59,134 bases of DNA, filler included, from Sphacelaria rigidula (GCA_964200075.2; 5 parts of 5 records of this genome joined end to end with filler, not necessarily neighbours in it), one strand, 5' to 3'. Positions 1 to 11,748 are shown, counted from the whole stretch's first letter. Notes: a model not told the origin generated them from the sequence alone. Program-made: numbers and translations.

Positions 1-1142
1 CGAAAAGACCCTCCCCACGCCGTACCGACAAGACCGGTCATGGCCTTCGTCGGAGGACGGGGAACGGAGGTAGTATAGTAAACCAAGTTTATAAGTGATA
101 AAGCGTGCGTTCTGCTCGAGAGGGCCTCGGGACAGGTGTGACCACCTACTGACGTGTTCATTATTCCTCCGCACTTTTTTTTTTTCAGTTTGCCGCTGAT
201 TTTTTGTCGTTATGCCCTCCAGTCCCACCCATAACAGTGTCAAAATCTCCAGGGTATGAAATGCTACAGGCAGCTTTCGTGCCATAGCGGCTGTGTTACC
301 ATACAGCTTCGCCCAAGATACAGGCAGCCGTTACAGTAGCGGAGGCGAGATTTCACTCCTGCGTGCGCCACCTGGGGCAAACGCACGCTGTAGCTGCAAC
401 ACGCAGCGCTTTACAAAATGTGTCGCAGCGATATAGGGCGTAGCGAGGGGTGATATCCCGCGTACACGTTGACCGCAGATACAAGCGGTTGCGTGCATGA
501 TGTGGCGAAGTGCATAGGACAGCGCAAAATCAATACGGCACAGGGATAGGATGAGGATGTCACGTCCTATGGTGTGCTTTGTCACCCTGCACCCTGCCGC
601 TGTGCAGTGAGCAGGTAGTACTGCCGAAGGCGTAACGCCGCGGTTGGTACGCAGTGTCTCACACAGCAGCGAACAGCATATCTCATGTACAACAGACTGT
701 GTTTCATCACCGATGCGCACAGAGTGGGGCCCGCATCTAGAGAACCCTGCACCAACTCGCCCTGTTCTATCGGAGACAGACATATTTTCAGTAAACACCA
801 CTTGCGACATGCGCTGTGACGAATCGCATGCGTCACGCAGCTTTCTCCCATGTGGAGCATCGCCCGTGAAGCGAGCTGTTGAAGCTAACAGTGCCCAACC
901 CTCTTCCCACGATGATCTCCTCTATGAGCTCGAGATAATTGAAACTACGGAACATGACTTTAGCTAGTAGAACGTACACCTCACCGTAACAAAAGCTTCC
1001 ATAACATTGAAAATTAAAAACACTGGTATGTGTGTGTCTATTGTCCTGTCACTTTTTTTTTTCCCTCTTATTTCGCATGTTTGGTGGCACGTGTTGAGCC
1101 GGACTTTTTTATGTGTGTGTGTTTTCCCGATGGTCTGCGAAG

Positions 1143-1237
1143 GCTCTACGGGGATGCTGACGCTGATGCTGACGCTCCAGGTGGCAGGCAACGTGCTCTT
1201 TGTTGCTTCATGTGGTCTCCTGACCTTCTTGGGCAGC
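1143..1237 (+). CDS. Internal exon A of unknown multi-pass membrane protein (GSTGMLTLMLTLQVAGNVLFVASCGLLTFLGS)
   Basis: AAG acceptor, strong GTGAGT donor at 1238, open hydrophobic frame ending in phase 0. Confidence 0.6.
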
Positions 1238-1703
1238 GTGAGTACTGCACACATTCGGAAACAGGAAGCTGCAGTCGATTTGTTTGTATAGGGCCTCGTC
1301 TATGTGTAGATGTTCAGGCGGGTAGCAGCTGAGAGATGAGTTGATTGGACCCTTGGGCTCCGAAGTCGTCCCGAGGAGAGACTTGTGTTGTTGTTGTTTG
1401 TCACATTCGCCCTTTTCCGGGAATCTAGCGCTCGTGGTTACAAGACTGGTGCAAAAAGACAGACTACATGGAACAAGTAAATGATACACCCACGAGCAGG
1501 AAAACACGGCGACAATAAGGGGGAGGGGTCTCTACACACAACACACGTACGGCTCAAAAGAACAGAAAGAAGAAAAAAGAAGACATCCGCACGTGGTGCG
1601 TGGTTCGCAGGAGGCAACCTATGCTCCGTCTCGGAAGGGAGGCGTAGTCAATGGTCAAGCGACAAAGGTCAGCAACAAATAACCCCTGCTCCCCCCTGCC
1701 CCC

Positions 1704-1947
1704 ATTAGAAAGTAGGGAGAAAATGATGGCTATACTAGGAGATGGATGGTGGCCAGAGACGGCGAAACAGGGCGGGGATAATATATGTAAAAGGTTTTTG
1801 CGTAATGTATGTAAGAAACGTGACGAGCACCGGAATGTTGAAGGTGTCTCTATGAAGAGTAGGAACGGTGCTCCATTCGAAAGGGATGCGTGGTCAATGG
1901 CCAAACGACTAAGGCAAGCAGCAAATGAGTACGCCCCCCCCCCCCCC
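1704..1947 (+). mobile_element. 5'-truncated non-LTR retrotransposon 3' end, family A, poly(C)-ended
   Basis: Translates as LESREKMMAILGDGWWPETAKQGGDNICKRFLRNVCKKR, resembling a LINE ORF2 C-terminus; ends TGAGTACG(C)n; similar copies at 3089 and 8497 and a short one at ~1610-1700. Confidence 0.65.
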
Positions 1948-2574
1948 GCCCCCCAACGGAGGCGCCGCCGCCAGCCACCCGCACCNNNNNNNNNNAGAGA
2001 GTAGGGATGGCTGTCCGGCCCCACAACAGGAAACAGAGCAAAACCACGCCGCTCCCCCCCCCCCCCCCCCCCCCCCGAAAGGCAAAATAGCGAAGCTAGA
2101 ATGGGCGGCATGCCGAGCAAGTCAGGACAGGGCACGGCATGGTAAGCGAGGAGTGTGTGTGAGAGAGAGAGTGGCAGCATGGCGGCGAAACTGCTCGTGT
2201 TCATTTACCTCGGCTGTTACTGTTATTGTCCATTTGTTGTCGCTCGATCGCACGTGCGGCCACCTCTTCTTCGGTGCTTTGTATGTGTATAAGTGTAAAT
2301 AGAACGCTGATGCCTCCGGGTTTTCCGTTTATTATGTGCGTCCTGTGCAGAAAGAAGCCTGGGCTTATAATGCGAAGGGGTTCTGGAACCTGCTGATTTC
2401 TCTGATCGCGATCGAGTGCATGGGTGCACCCGACGCCCCACGAAGGTGACTCGGTTTTTTCAGGACGACATGCAGAGATGATGAATAGTCGTATGATCGA
2501 GATGATTGAGATACTTCCGCTGTTATACACTTTGTGTGCTCGAGAAATGAAATGATATGCCATCATTCTGTATA

Positions 2575-2893
2575 CAGGCTGGGCCAGGAAAGAGTGCCGC
2601 ATTTTTATCTCCAACCATAACCCGTCAAGTTTATCAAATCAGGCGTTGAAATTTTGACACAACAGGTTTATTATTTTTTTTCACGGTGTTGTCGCATTTT
2701 TTTTTTTTCTAGTTTTAACAAAAAAACTCAAGTCGCTTTAACTTCCCTTTTTTTTTTTTTTTAATTCACCTCGAAAAATTTTGTGCGTAGTAATGATACA
2801 AATGGTGTGTCAAAATTCCAATGCCTAACTCTTCAAATTACCGACACCATCGCCAAAATACATTTAAAAATCACTCTCAGCTGGCCCAGCCTG
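2575..2893. mobile_element. Tc1/mariner-type MITE
   Basis: Perfect TIR CAGGCTGGGCCAG/CTGGCCCAGCCTG flanked by TA on both sides; second copy at 55141-55997. Confidence 0.85.
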
Positions 2894-3088
2894 TATAGCT
2901 CTTTGATATGCGCGGTACACATTCTGTGGGCCTTGCGACCCGAATGTTGATGTGCGACAATCTAATCGAAATAATCCAAATCAAATCAACGACCCGCATC
3001 CCGCTCTGTCCGTCTTACTGCTGTGGTGTATTCGTGTATTTTCGTGTGTCTCAGACAAACGTCAGTTTGCCGTTTGCCCCTCCCCCCC

Positions 3089-3385
3089 GGACGTACTAGA
3101 GGGGGAAATGCTGGACGTGAACAAAATGGCATGAAATCGTTTGATGCATTAGACAGTAGGGAGAAAACGATGGCCACTAGGAGATGAATGGTAGCCAGAG
3201 ACGGCGAAACAGGACGGGGATTAGATTCGTAAAAGGTTTTTGTGTAATGTATGGAAGAAACGTAATGAGCACCGAAGTGTTGGGGGTGTCTCCATCAGGA
3301 GTAGGCACGGTGCTCCGTCTCAAAAAGGATGAGTGTTCAACGGTCAAACGACTAGGCAAGCAACAAATGAGTACGCCCCCCCCCC
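3089..3385 (+). mobile_element. 5'-truncated non-LTR retrotransposon 3' end, family A
   Basis: Aligns by eye with 1704-1947 and extends further 5'; C-tracts on both sides. Confidence 0.65.
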
Positions 3386-3859
3386 GTATGTTGCTATTAA
3401 CGTGAAGATGTGTAAAGTCTTTTTTATTTTTCGGGAAAAAAGAGATCGCACCTCTGTATTATGGCATGGTGCAGATTGTGTTTACCGATCCCTTGTGACA
3501 TCCCGGCAGTTGTACCGGTACATACCCACTCGTAAGACGGAAGACACGTGTGATGTATTCATTTCACCCAAGCACACGAGACCAGTATATGCATATATAC
3601 ATCTATGTGTTCTGATCCGTACCGGAGAGATTATCCTGTGTCAGGGCACGTCGTTAGCAAGAGGTGCCGACGGCGATGCCCCGACGGTTTTAAATTCAAA
3701 TGGTACAGCTGAACCCAGTCAGGTCGGAGGAAAGATGAAGGGTGTCGGTTTCGAATACGGCTATAAATGAATGCGCTCGAATATTTAGTCCGAGAAGTAC
3801 TCGTATCTGATACCCGTCGTTCAAGGGGTAAGGATGTGGCAGTAGCAAACAAGGTGCGT

Positions 3860-4283
3860 TTGACGAGAGTCGACACCGTGCGGGAGTGTGTCGGTCATGA
3901 TCCAATCCGCGGTGATACTAAGATGCATGGTTCGGACGAATCATCGCCGGTTCGAATCACCAAATCCCCCATTTTTCAGGCCTGATCGCTCGGAAGAAAC
4001 GAGAAAATCGACCGATGGCCAAAAAGGTTCCCACGCAACTTTTGCGCCATTCCGCGTGCCTGGGTTACAACGCTGAGTGCAGGCTAAAGAATTGATTCGT
4101 ACGGTACGAATCAATCACACTAAAATCAAGTAATTTCCACACGAATCATTTATTCGTCCGACCCGTGCCAAGATGTAAGGCGTGTGCCGTATTGGAGGAG
4201 AGATGGGTTTGTTCCTTGAGACCACGGACTCGTCCCGAGGACGGGGAGAGGTTGGAACTGTGAGGGAGAAAGTAAATAAATAA
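3860..4283 (+). mobile_element. 3' half of tRNA-derived SINE, interrupted by a hAT MITE
   Basis: GTCATGATCCAATCCGCG before and GAGAGATGGG...GAGACCACGGACTCGTCCCGAGG plus A-rich tail after the MITE match the full copy at 18119. Confidence 0.75.
3926..4167. mobile_element. hAT-type MITE
   Basis: 16-bp TIR CATGGTTCGGACGAAT/ATTCGTCCGACCCGTG (2 mismatches); 8-bp TSD CTAAGATG/CCAAGATG. Confidence 0.8.
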
Positions 4284-4734
4284 CGGTGGTGCATTTGTAT
4301 ATAATTTAATGAGTTTCCGATCTGGAAAGACGTGAGAAGGCGGGCCAAGAAAAAAAAGTGGATGGGAGTGTACGAGGTGCGGGAGTGGTGATCGTCGAAT
4401 GCCTCGTGAATGATTGTAAGGCCATATGCAGAGCGAGAGACGACGGGGTGATGCATGCTTGAGCACTCGTCTATGCTCGACTGGCTGCCTGTCGCGAAAC
4501 ACATGCGTTATCTCTCGGTGTGTGCTTGTTGCAAAACGAAGCGAAGGTATTCATTCCACCCCAGGATGATCGTTTTTTTTCTTTTTTCATGAGAAGCATG
4601 CCGCGTTTGTCCCATCAACATAGATACTGTTTGTGCCTATTGGTCTCGTGCATACTGCTGATACGCTGCAACTCATTTGTTCCCCTACGCCAACTCTCTG
4701 AGCCGCTGCACGCAGCGATTGCCGTGCGCTGGGC

Positions 4735-4800
4735 CGCTGTGTGCTGCTGTGTGCTACTGTGTTGTGTGTGCTATGTCATGTGCTGTGCTGTGCTGTGCTT
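4735..4800. repeat. Degenerate (TGTGC)n microsatellite
   Basis: Direct reading. Confidence 0.7.
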
Positions 4801-5802
4801 TAATTGATTGGCTGTGCGGAGTACTGTCTGTAGTACTTCAGCACTCACTGTCGCTGCACTCAACTGTTACCGTGTGCCGAACCGCTGAGCATAGCACAGT
4901 ATTTATCGCTCTCGCTTCCTACTACAGCTCCCTGCAGCTCCCTTTCTAGGGTGAAAATCATCCGAAGGGGGTTTTCGTATTCTTGGCGCGCCGCGGCTTC
5001 ATGTTGTCAGAGAATCGGGTAGTTTTTCGTGGGTAGATGAAATAGCTTGATCCGTGTTCCCCTTTTTTTATTCGCCTGGAAGAAAAAAAACTGAAACGAG
5101 GCCCGCAAAACACGGTGACGACGTGGATGGCAGAATTATACGACCGGGATATTGTAGATGCTAATGGGTATCTTGAAATGAAGGGATGGCAGCCACATCA
5201 TTTGGCGTTTAGAACACAACGCTGCGGTTGAAAAGCAAAATGAGGGCGCGGTCGCCACAGCAGGATTGTGTAATCAGGATAAATATTTGTGGGCATCCTT
5301 CAATGAATGGATCATAACATCATTCGGCTTCTGGAAGACGACACCGCCGTTGAAAAAAATTGTTTTCGCTCGGATTCACTAGTGACCGCCCCCGGAGACA
5401 CGTTGCTGTATCTATCTAATATTTTCCGGCGGACATTGTTGGTAGCGTTATTGTCGCTGAACAAACCACTCGTAGTAGGAAGAAATAGAAATAACATCCA
5501 TTTCTTTTGATGAGCGACCGCCAATTCCAAATTGTTTTTCTTGTTTTGTTTTTGCTCGCACGAGAAACAATCTTGCTGTTGCTGTTATTTTTTGTTGCCT
5601 GGTCGGTTGGTTGGTTGGTTGGTTCATCCGGCTGTCTTTCTTCTTCCGTAATCGTTTTTTTTTTCGTCTCTTCGCTGCGTGTGCTGCTCAGCTGAAACAA
5701 CTGAACTGAATTTTTGCCGTACGCTGCACGTCAATTACCCCGAAAATTCCTCCAGCAGCCAGTAGACCTCAAGAAATGTACGTAAACAATAGTAGGTACT
5801 CG

Positions 5803-6088
5803 ATTTTACTTGATTTCATAATGAAGAAAGTTCTGAGAAAATTTATGATTTGGGGCAGGTGAGCAGTGGTGAGCAGTAGACCCAGCTCGTCCACAACGTG
5901 TTTCGGTCCAAAATCGGCTAAAAGGCGTCAATTTGAGCTCTGGCAGCGCGCCCTTTGCTCAAGAAACACTCTGCACCCCGCTTACGAGTGTTCTCGGTAT
6001 GCCTTGATCGGAGTTCGGGTTCGGCTCAGCGTTAGGGTTGGGGGACATCTCCATAGTACAAACCATTGTTTACGTACATTTTTTTAGG
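5803..6088 (+). repeat. Dispersed repeat with internal degenerate TTAGGG-like array
   Basis: Similar to 40957-41240 (minus strand) and ~22123-22400. Confidence 0.6.
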
Positions 6089-6299
6089 TCCCCTCCCAGC
6101 AGCTGCCCCTTGACCCTTTTAATGAACTCGTCGGACGTTCACTATCCAGCTACTGTACAGTACGTCGCATACTTCGAGTAATTAAGACGGAGGCAGTCCG
6201 ACAATTCATGATTGACCACACTGCGTATTGAGATGATTCGTCCTCGACCCAGAACACACCCCGCAACGCTCTGACCCTCCAGCTATGGACGAAATTCCG

Positions 6300-6559
6300 C
6301 ACGGTTAGGACAAATCATCACGACTCAAAATCACCAAAGTCACGATTTCTTCGACCTGATTGCCCTAAAGGGAGAAAAAAGTTGATCGCTGGTCCAAGGG
6401 GTATCCACGCAACGTTTGCGCCATTCCACGTGTCTGGGCTGCGAGTACCTGGGTCGCAACGCTGAAATAAAACCTAGGGACTGATTGATTCGTCACGAGT
6501 CGACTCATCATACTAAAACCAAGTAATTTTGAGACGACCCATTACTTGTCCGACCCTTG
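6300..6559. mobile_element. hAT-type MITE, same family as 3926
   Basis: TIR CACGGTTAGGACAAAT/ACTTGTCCGACCCTTG; flanks AAATTCCG/AAATGCTG (6/8); internal similarity to 3926-4167. Confidence 0.7.
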
Positions 6560-7073
6560 AAATGCTGTCTCTGTGTACCCACCGTGCCGTGTGTGCTGCG
6601 AAAATTGGGGGTTCCGATCGCTGTGTATGTGTGTACCACACCTCGTGCAGATTTTTCATTATTCCCATCGACATTCCGGGTCGATACTACCCAATGGTCC
6701 TGGCCGGTATTTTCAGCCTGATGAGGAGATTCGCGTGGCTCGATCTGGCATGCTGCGTTGGGGTGGGCTACGCCTACGCATATGTGAGTCGCGATGATTG
6801 ATTGATAGTCGCACTTTAACTGACACCCCAGGGGTCATGATCCAGCCGTGGTCTCGTGATGGACGTACCCAACAAATACGAAACTGAAACACGCTCTGAG
6901 AAAAAACAAAAAAGAACAGAAATAAGAGGGGATCGAACAGAACGACATACCAGACTACGTCGTGACAAAAAAAAAAAGTAATAAAAAAAGTCAACACAAG
7001 CGACGCACAGAAAGAAATGGTCACGATGTATTGTTTTCATATTTTTCTCTTCATTGAACGTTTTTGTCCTCAG

Positions 7074-7217
7074 GAGATGGGCAGGCACCCTCGCCGTGCA
7101 CTTGAGCTGTTTGTAGTTTCGTTCGTACTGCATTTTACGGCAGAGGTGGTTGCGCTCCACTGGCCCGCTTTCTCAGGATCCGCTCTCGGGCAGACCCGTC
7201 TTGAGTGGTGGTTCGAT
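7074..7217 (+). CDS. Internal exon B of unknown membrane protein (EMGRHPRRALELFVVSFVLHFTAEVVALHWPAFSGSALGQTRLEWWFD)
   Basis: Pyrimidine tract plus CTCAG acceptor, GTGCGG donor, 144 nt, phase 0/0, TM-like segment. Confidence 0.65.
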
Positions 7218-8260
7218 GTGCGGGGTTGGTACCGAGACAGGGCAGGGCATACTCTCTCCCTGCACAAATAGTCTCGAAGTCTCGCTGTGTAAACCTTCCG
7301 TTCGGTGGCGCAGTCTGACTCTGTACGCGTATTACCCGACCGATCTGGGCTTGGGTTCTCAGGCAATTTGGTGATTATCCTCTTGTCCGTCCACTGTCGT
7401 GTTGTGTTTTCGCGTATATATATATATATTATACAGAGGTAAAGAGAGACGGAGACAGATACAGACATATATAGTGTGTGTTGTTTGGTTGGTTCGATTT
7501 GAGTCGATCTGATCTGATCTGATGTGATCTGAATTTATTTCGTTTTATCGTCGCATATTGGCCGAATCGCGCACGAATCCAGCCATGGTCACAAGATGTG
7601 AAGGCATGATGCACCCAAGGTAAATACCCGAAAATATTTGCTCCCTGATGTAAATTTGAAAAAGGGGGGAAGGGATGTAGAGTGAGAGACAGAGGCAGAG
7701 GCAGGGCGATGGAGACAATCATAGGGACAAAGACAGATGGAGACGGACAGAGACAGACAGGGAGCAAAGTAAGACACAAATTAAGAACTGACGAGAAGAA
7801 AAGGGTTTGTAGAAGTATGTACACGGTTCATGCATATATATATAGTATGTATATGAATACGCGATTTTTTATCTTCGCCGCACCTCGGCGGTGAAAGTGG
7901 TACATGATCACTGCATGCTCAGTACACCATTGGCCAGTTTGGACGGAGAAGTAGGTTGGAATCTCGACAGAAATGATCCAGTTTACTGCTTTCCACCGTG
8001 GAAGGTGTGAGATGAGAGCTGTGAGGAAATGTGAGGTGTTGGGGAACAAGAGGATTCGATGAAAGTCGATGGCTCCGAGATTCCTGTTCGTCATCATCCA
8101 ATGCTCGATATGAAATTGCGAAGGCAGGGGTGGCTGTTTATCTGAAGAAGGCGGACTACGGTACATACATGTCTCGCCCCGAGGCTTAGTTGAAACTATG
8201 ACGACAGCGATGAGTTTCTTGTGTGTGTTTGTGTGTATATATATGTGTATGTCTGTGCAG

Positions 8261-8380
8261 GCGTTTGTTTACTTACAGAAAATTTACGCCCTTCTGATGT
8301 CGTCCCTGTGCGAGCTGATGTCATTGTGTGTCGTTCCCGTGCCTGATGCAGAACACCGTGGCCACGAGTTATTGCCGCGC
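8261..8380 (+). CDS. Internal exon C of unknown membrane protein (AFVYLQKIYALLMSSLCELMSLCVVPVPDAEHRGHELLPR)
   Basis: TGCAG acceptor, GTATGT donor, 120 nt, phase 0/0. Confidence 0.6.
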
Positions 8381-8496
8381 GTATGTGCCTTTTTTGTGTC
8401 TGGCATGAACATGCGTGTATCATGTGATTTGGTGTTGGATGCGTCTTGCATTGTTTTTATTTTACTGAAACAGTCTATGCCTAATCCCCCCACCGC

Positions 8497-8740
8497 GTTT
8501 ATGGTACACTGGACGTTAGCGAAAAAGCTATCGCTGTACCAGGAGATGGATGGTGGCCACAGATAGCAAAGCAGGAAGAGGATAGGCTATGCCAAAGCGT
8601 TTGTGTAATATATGGAAAAAAACGTAATGAGCGCCCAAGTTTCAGAGGTGTTTTTTTCAAGAGTAGGAACGGTGCTCCGTCTCAAAGGGAGGCATGATAA
8701 TGGTTAATGGACAAGTACGCTCCCCCCCCACTCCCTCCCC
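8497..8740 (+). mobile_element. Diverged family A LINE 3' end
   Basis: GGAGATGGATGGTGGCCACAGA...GAGTAGGAACGGTGCTCCGTCTC...AGTACGCTCCCCCCCC; C-tract also upstream. Confidence 0.6.
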
Positions 8741-8974
8741 GTTTTTGTTCGTACATGAAAGCACAAGACCGAGGTTCTGTCTAAACGAACGTTTTTGATC
8801 GGTGTGAGCTTTAATCATGATCAAAACCTGCATCCTCTCCGCAGTCTATACGCCGACCTTCAAGCGCAATAGTCGTCCCTCTTGAACTGTTGTTGTCATT
8901 GTCCACCCCTGCCCGCGTTTTAAGTTGATAGTCTCCTTACTGGAGACGCGAAGCTGTTTGCTCTTCCCCTGTTC

Positions 8975-9497
8975 TGACCCCATATGGGGTTGGCGTCGGT
9001 TAGCAATGGCGCTGTAAAACACGCCACTCACTGCGTAAGCTAGGCAACCAGGTCCCCCTTTTTTTGCGCGCTTGCGTCCGCTGTCCAATGACCATGATGG
9101 TGGTCGAGCTGGATCATATTGTGCGGTGTTGGAGAATCTCAAATTCCGTGTAAAGGGGATGATCATACCACGCAGTGTTTACACGGGGAGACACCCATGA
9201 GGCAGGGTTGAACGCGTGGCTGTCTCTGGAAGTGGCGATAGCAGAAAATGAAGCAAGTCATTATAGGCTGTGATCCAAATGCAAGATAGCCAGCAGGCTT
9301 CGGGCCGAATGATATCAGCAGGATGCAGCTCACCCATAATTGGACTCGCTGAACACGTCACGGCGCTTGGCGCTTGGTGATTGATTGCGAGCCTGGTTCG
9401 GCGAAAACCAGGCGTGCTCCGTCCCTGCTTTGTAGGGATGCGAGATCAATGATCACACATGAATACGGCATGCATGATCGTGAGTACCCCCCCCCCC
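8975..9497 (+). mobile_element. Full-length ~520-bp non-coding retroposon, family B, poly(C) tail
   Basis: Near-TSD TCCCCTGTTC (8965-8974)/TCACCTGTTC (9498-9507); body matches 35543-35875 (-) and 41655-41870 (+); 3' ~75 nt resemble the family A LINE end. Confidence 0.7.
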
Positions 9498-10076
9498 TCA
9501 CCTGTTCAGTCCAAACGCACGTCCCAGTCTTGCCTTACCTTCAAGAAAGTCAAGTCGACTCCCATCCGCGAAACATCCCAAACGTGCCTCCTGTAAACCC
9601 GCCACAGACCAAAAGGCTTTTGCCCTTACACTCACAGTCCTGGGAAAGCTCAACAGTACCCCCGCTGTCTGCGAGTCCCTTTTACACAAGTTGCGGTACA
9701 TTGTGCCAATGTTTCTCTTGATGATTGGCACGTCTAAATCCGACGCGCCTACTTACAAGCCCAAAATGTTTCGCCTCGCACCCTGTCATTGTCCATTCCT
9801 GTCCGGGTGATCGTCTATGATTCTTCTGGGTAAGCGGTGACCACTCTGCCCCTCTTTCGGCCAATCCACTGCTGCATAAGGCAGTTTTAGAGTCCCGTAG
9901 CACTCGCCTATTTCCTACTCACGGGACTTATCGCACGTCCCGTGGCACCCTACCCAGTAGAAGGCTATTGCCTGACACACTCAGCATCCTCGGTGACGTG
10001 AAGTGTACGTGCTGTCCATGGATCCCTGCAATGCTTTTACTATTTTTTGCTGTACCTCTTGTCCAATGAACAACAG

Positions 10077-10160
10077 GGCAAGTTGGATATGCTGAAGCCG
10101 TCTAGGTCCAGGCTCGCCGGGTGGGAGAGCGGGTGTTTGGCGAACTTCGTGCAAAGCTCG
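10077..10160 (+). CDS. Internal exon D of the same gene (GKLDMLKPSRSRLAGWESGCLANFVQSS)
   Basis: Pyrimidine tract plus AACAG acceptor, GTAAGA donor, 84 nt; only the phase-0 frame is open. Confidence 0.6.
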
Positions 10161-10305
10161 GTAAGATGCGAAGGTGGTGAAATAAACATCCGTCGTTTCT
10201 CCATGATTTTTTTTTTTCTCTGTTGTTTTTTGCTACGGAGGAACATGACAAAAACAATTGCGAAGCAAGCGTCTTTCTGCTTTCTTGCTTCATGCCTTTT
10301 CATTT

Positions 10306-10619
10306 GCGCCCCGGTGGTGTAATGGTCCGACTGTCGCCATTGAGGTGGAGAGAACGAGGGTTTGATTCCCGATGCGTTGGGTTTTTCTTCGTGGTGTCTG
10401 ATTTACACCGTGGAAAGCGGGAGAACGTGTGTAAACAGAGTAGTTGACTGAGTTTGTTTGACGTTAGTTGACGCGGTGCGGAAGTACTGACCCAATCCAC
10501 GAGATCAAAATGCAAGACTTGTACCGGGAAGAGACGGGTTGATCCCTTTAGACCACGGACGCATATCGAGGAAGAGGAGGGGTTCAAAGTGCGACAAATA
10601 AAATAAAATAAAGTAAAAT
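10306..10619 (+). mobile_element. tRNA-derived SINE, full length
   Basis: A box TGGTGTAATGG, B box GGTTTGATTCC, body shared with 18119-18438, (AAAAT)n tail. Confidence 0.85.
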
Positions 10620-11259
10620 GGAATATAGGTAAATAATAGTACTGCTTTGAGATGCACACCCGGCATGCGTGTTAAGCGCATGTGTACATGTGTAGCCATA
10701 TACACGCACGTTGTGGTGATATTATGTCGTCATAGTGGTTCTGTTTTGTAATGATTCAACTGTTGTATGGAGGACGTCCTCGATCCAGACTGCGCTTTGA
10801 TAATCCGATTCTCAGTCCGATTCTCAATCCGATGCAAGCTGCTACATACATGGCTTTACGTTTCATCTTGATAGCAGACGTTCCCTATTCTTTCATCAAA
10901 TCAATCGTTCATTCTGATGTCATAACAGGAGCAAAATCACGGGTGCGCATACGACTTTTTGTTATGGAATATACTCTGTAAATTCAGAAATCTGGATACC
11001 TTGAAACACACTCAGTGTATCTTTTCATCCCGTTCATTCGACTATGTGTGCGTATCAGCCGGGTTGACACGAGAGGAAGGTCAAACGCACACACTACTTT
11101 TTTTTTTCAGCACTCTACTCTACCTCCTGCGGTGCTTGCTTTTTTTTTCTCCACTGCGGCAAGGGTTCAGCGGGCTCTTTTCAGCGTCGACCGCGAAGTC
11201 GAGATATGTGTACCCACGATACGCTCGTTGTCCAGTGTTGGGCATGGCTTGAGAAAAAT

Positions 11260-11317
11260 GTCAGAAGATTTCGACGTTACCAATGTTCCAACCGTCAGAA
11301 GATTTCGACGTTACCAA
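11260..11317. repeat. 24-bp perfect direct repeat x2 (GTCAGAAGATTTCGACGTTACCAA), 10-bp spacer
   Basis: Direct reading. Confidence 0.85.
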
Positions 11318-11748
11318 CCGAGCCATCGAGGCGACCGGCTCTCAGTACTTTCGGCATTTCATGCCCCGAATACCCGGGCAGTTCCGAGTATCTGCGGTGC
11401 GATGCCTATCCTGCCCGCCTACTTGTGAAGGCATTCATTCGGTTTCCGCCGTTTTGGGCATTCATGTTTTGTGTGGTAAGCGCCCCCCTCTTGTTGACGT
11501 CGGGTACAGTACGTACGTCCAGCTTGCACACGTCAGACAGGTCGTGAGCTATTATGACGGAAATGACTGATAAAATGTCTTAGCATCTCAGTTTTTGATC
11601 TAAAAAGTTTGGCGGAAAACAAATATCCCGATCTGATAGGTCGTGACTGATTTCAACCATCTTGATGAAAACTACGATAAACAGTGTTTTCGTGAGATTG
11701 AGAGTAGATGATACGATTGAGAGTGGCTTTGATCATTCGCTTTAAGTG

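Noticed and set aside
10306..10380. Functional tRNA gene (also 18119-18195)
   Set aside because: Acceptor stem does not close, and the head continues into a conserved multi-copy body with an A-tail, so it is a SINE.
11260..11317. CRISPR-like repeat-spacer-repeat
   Set aside because: Only two repeats, a 10-bp spacer, no cas genes, eukaryotic context.
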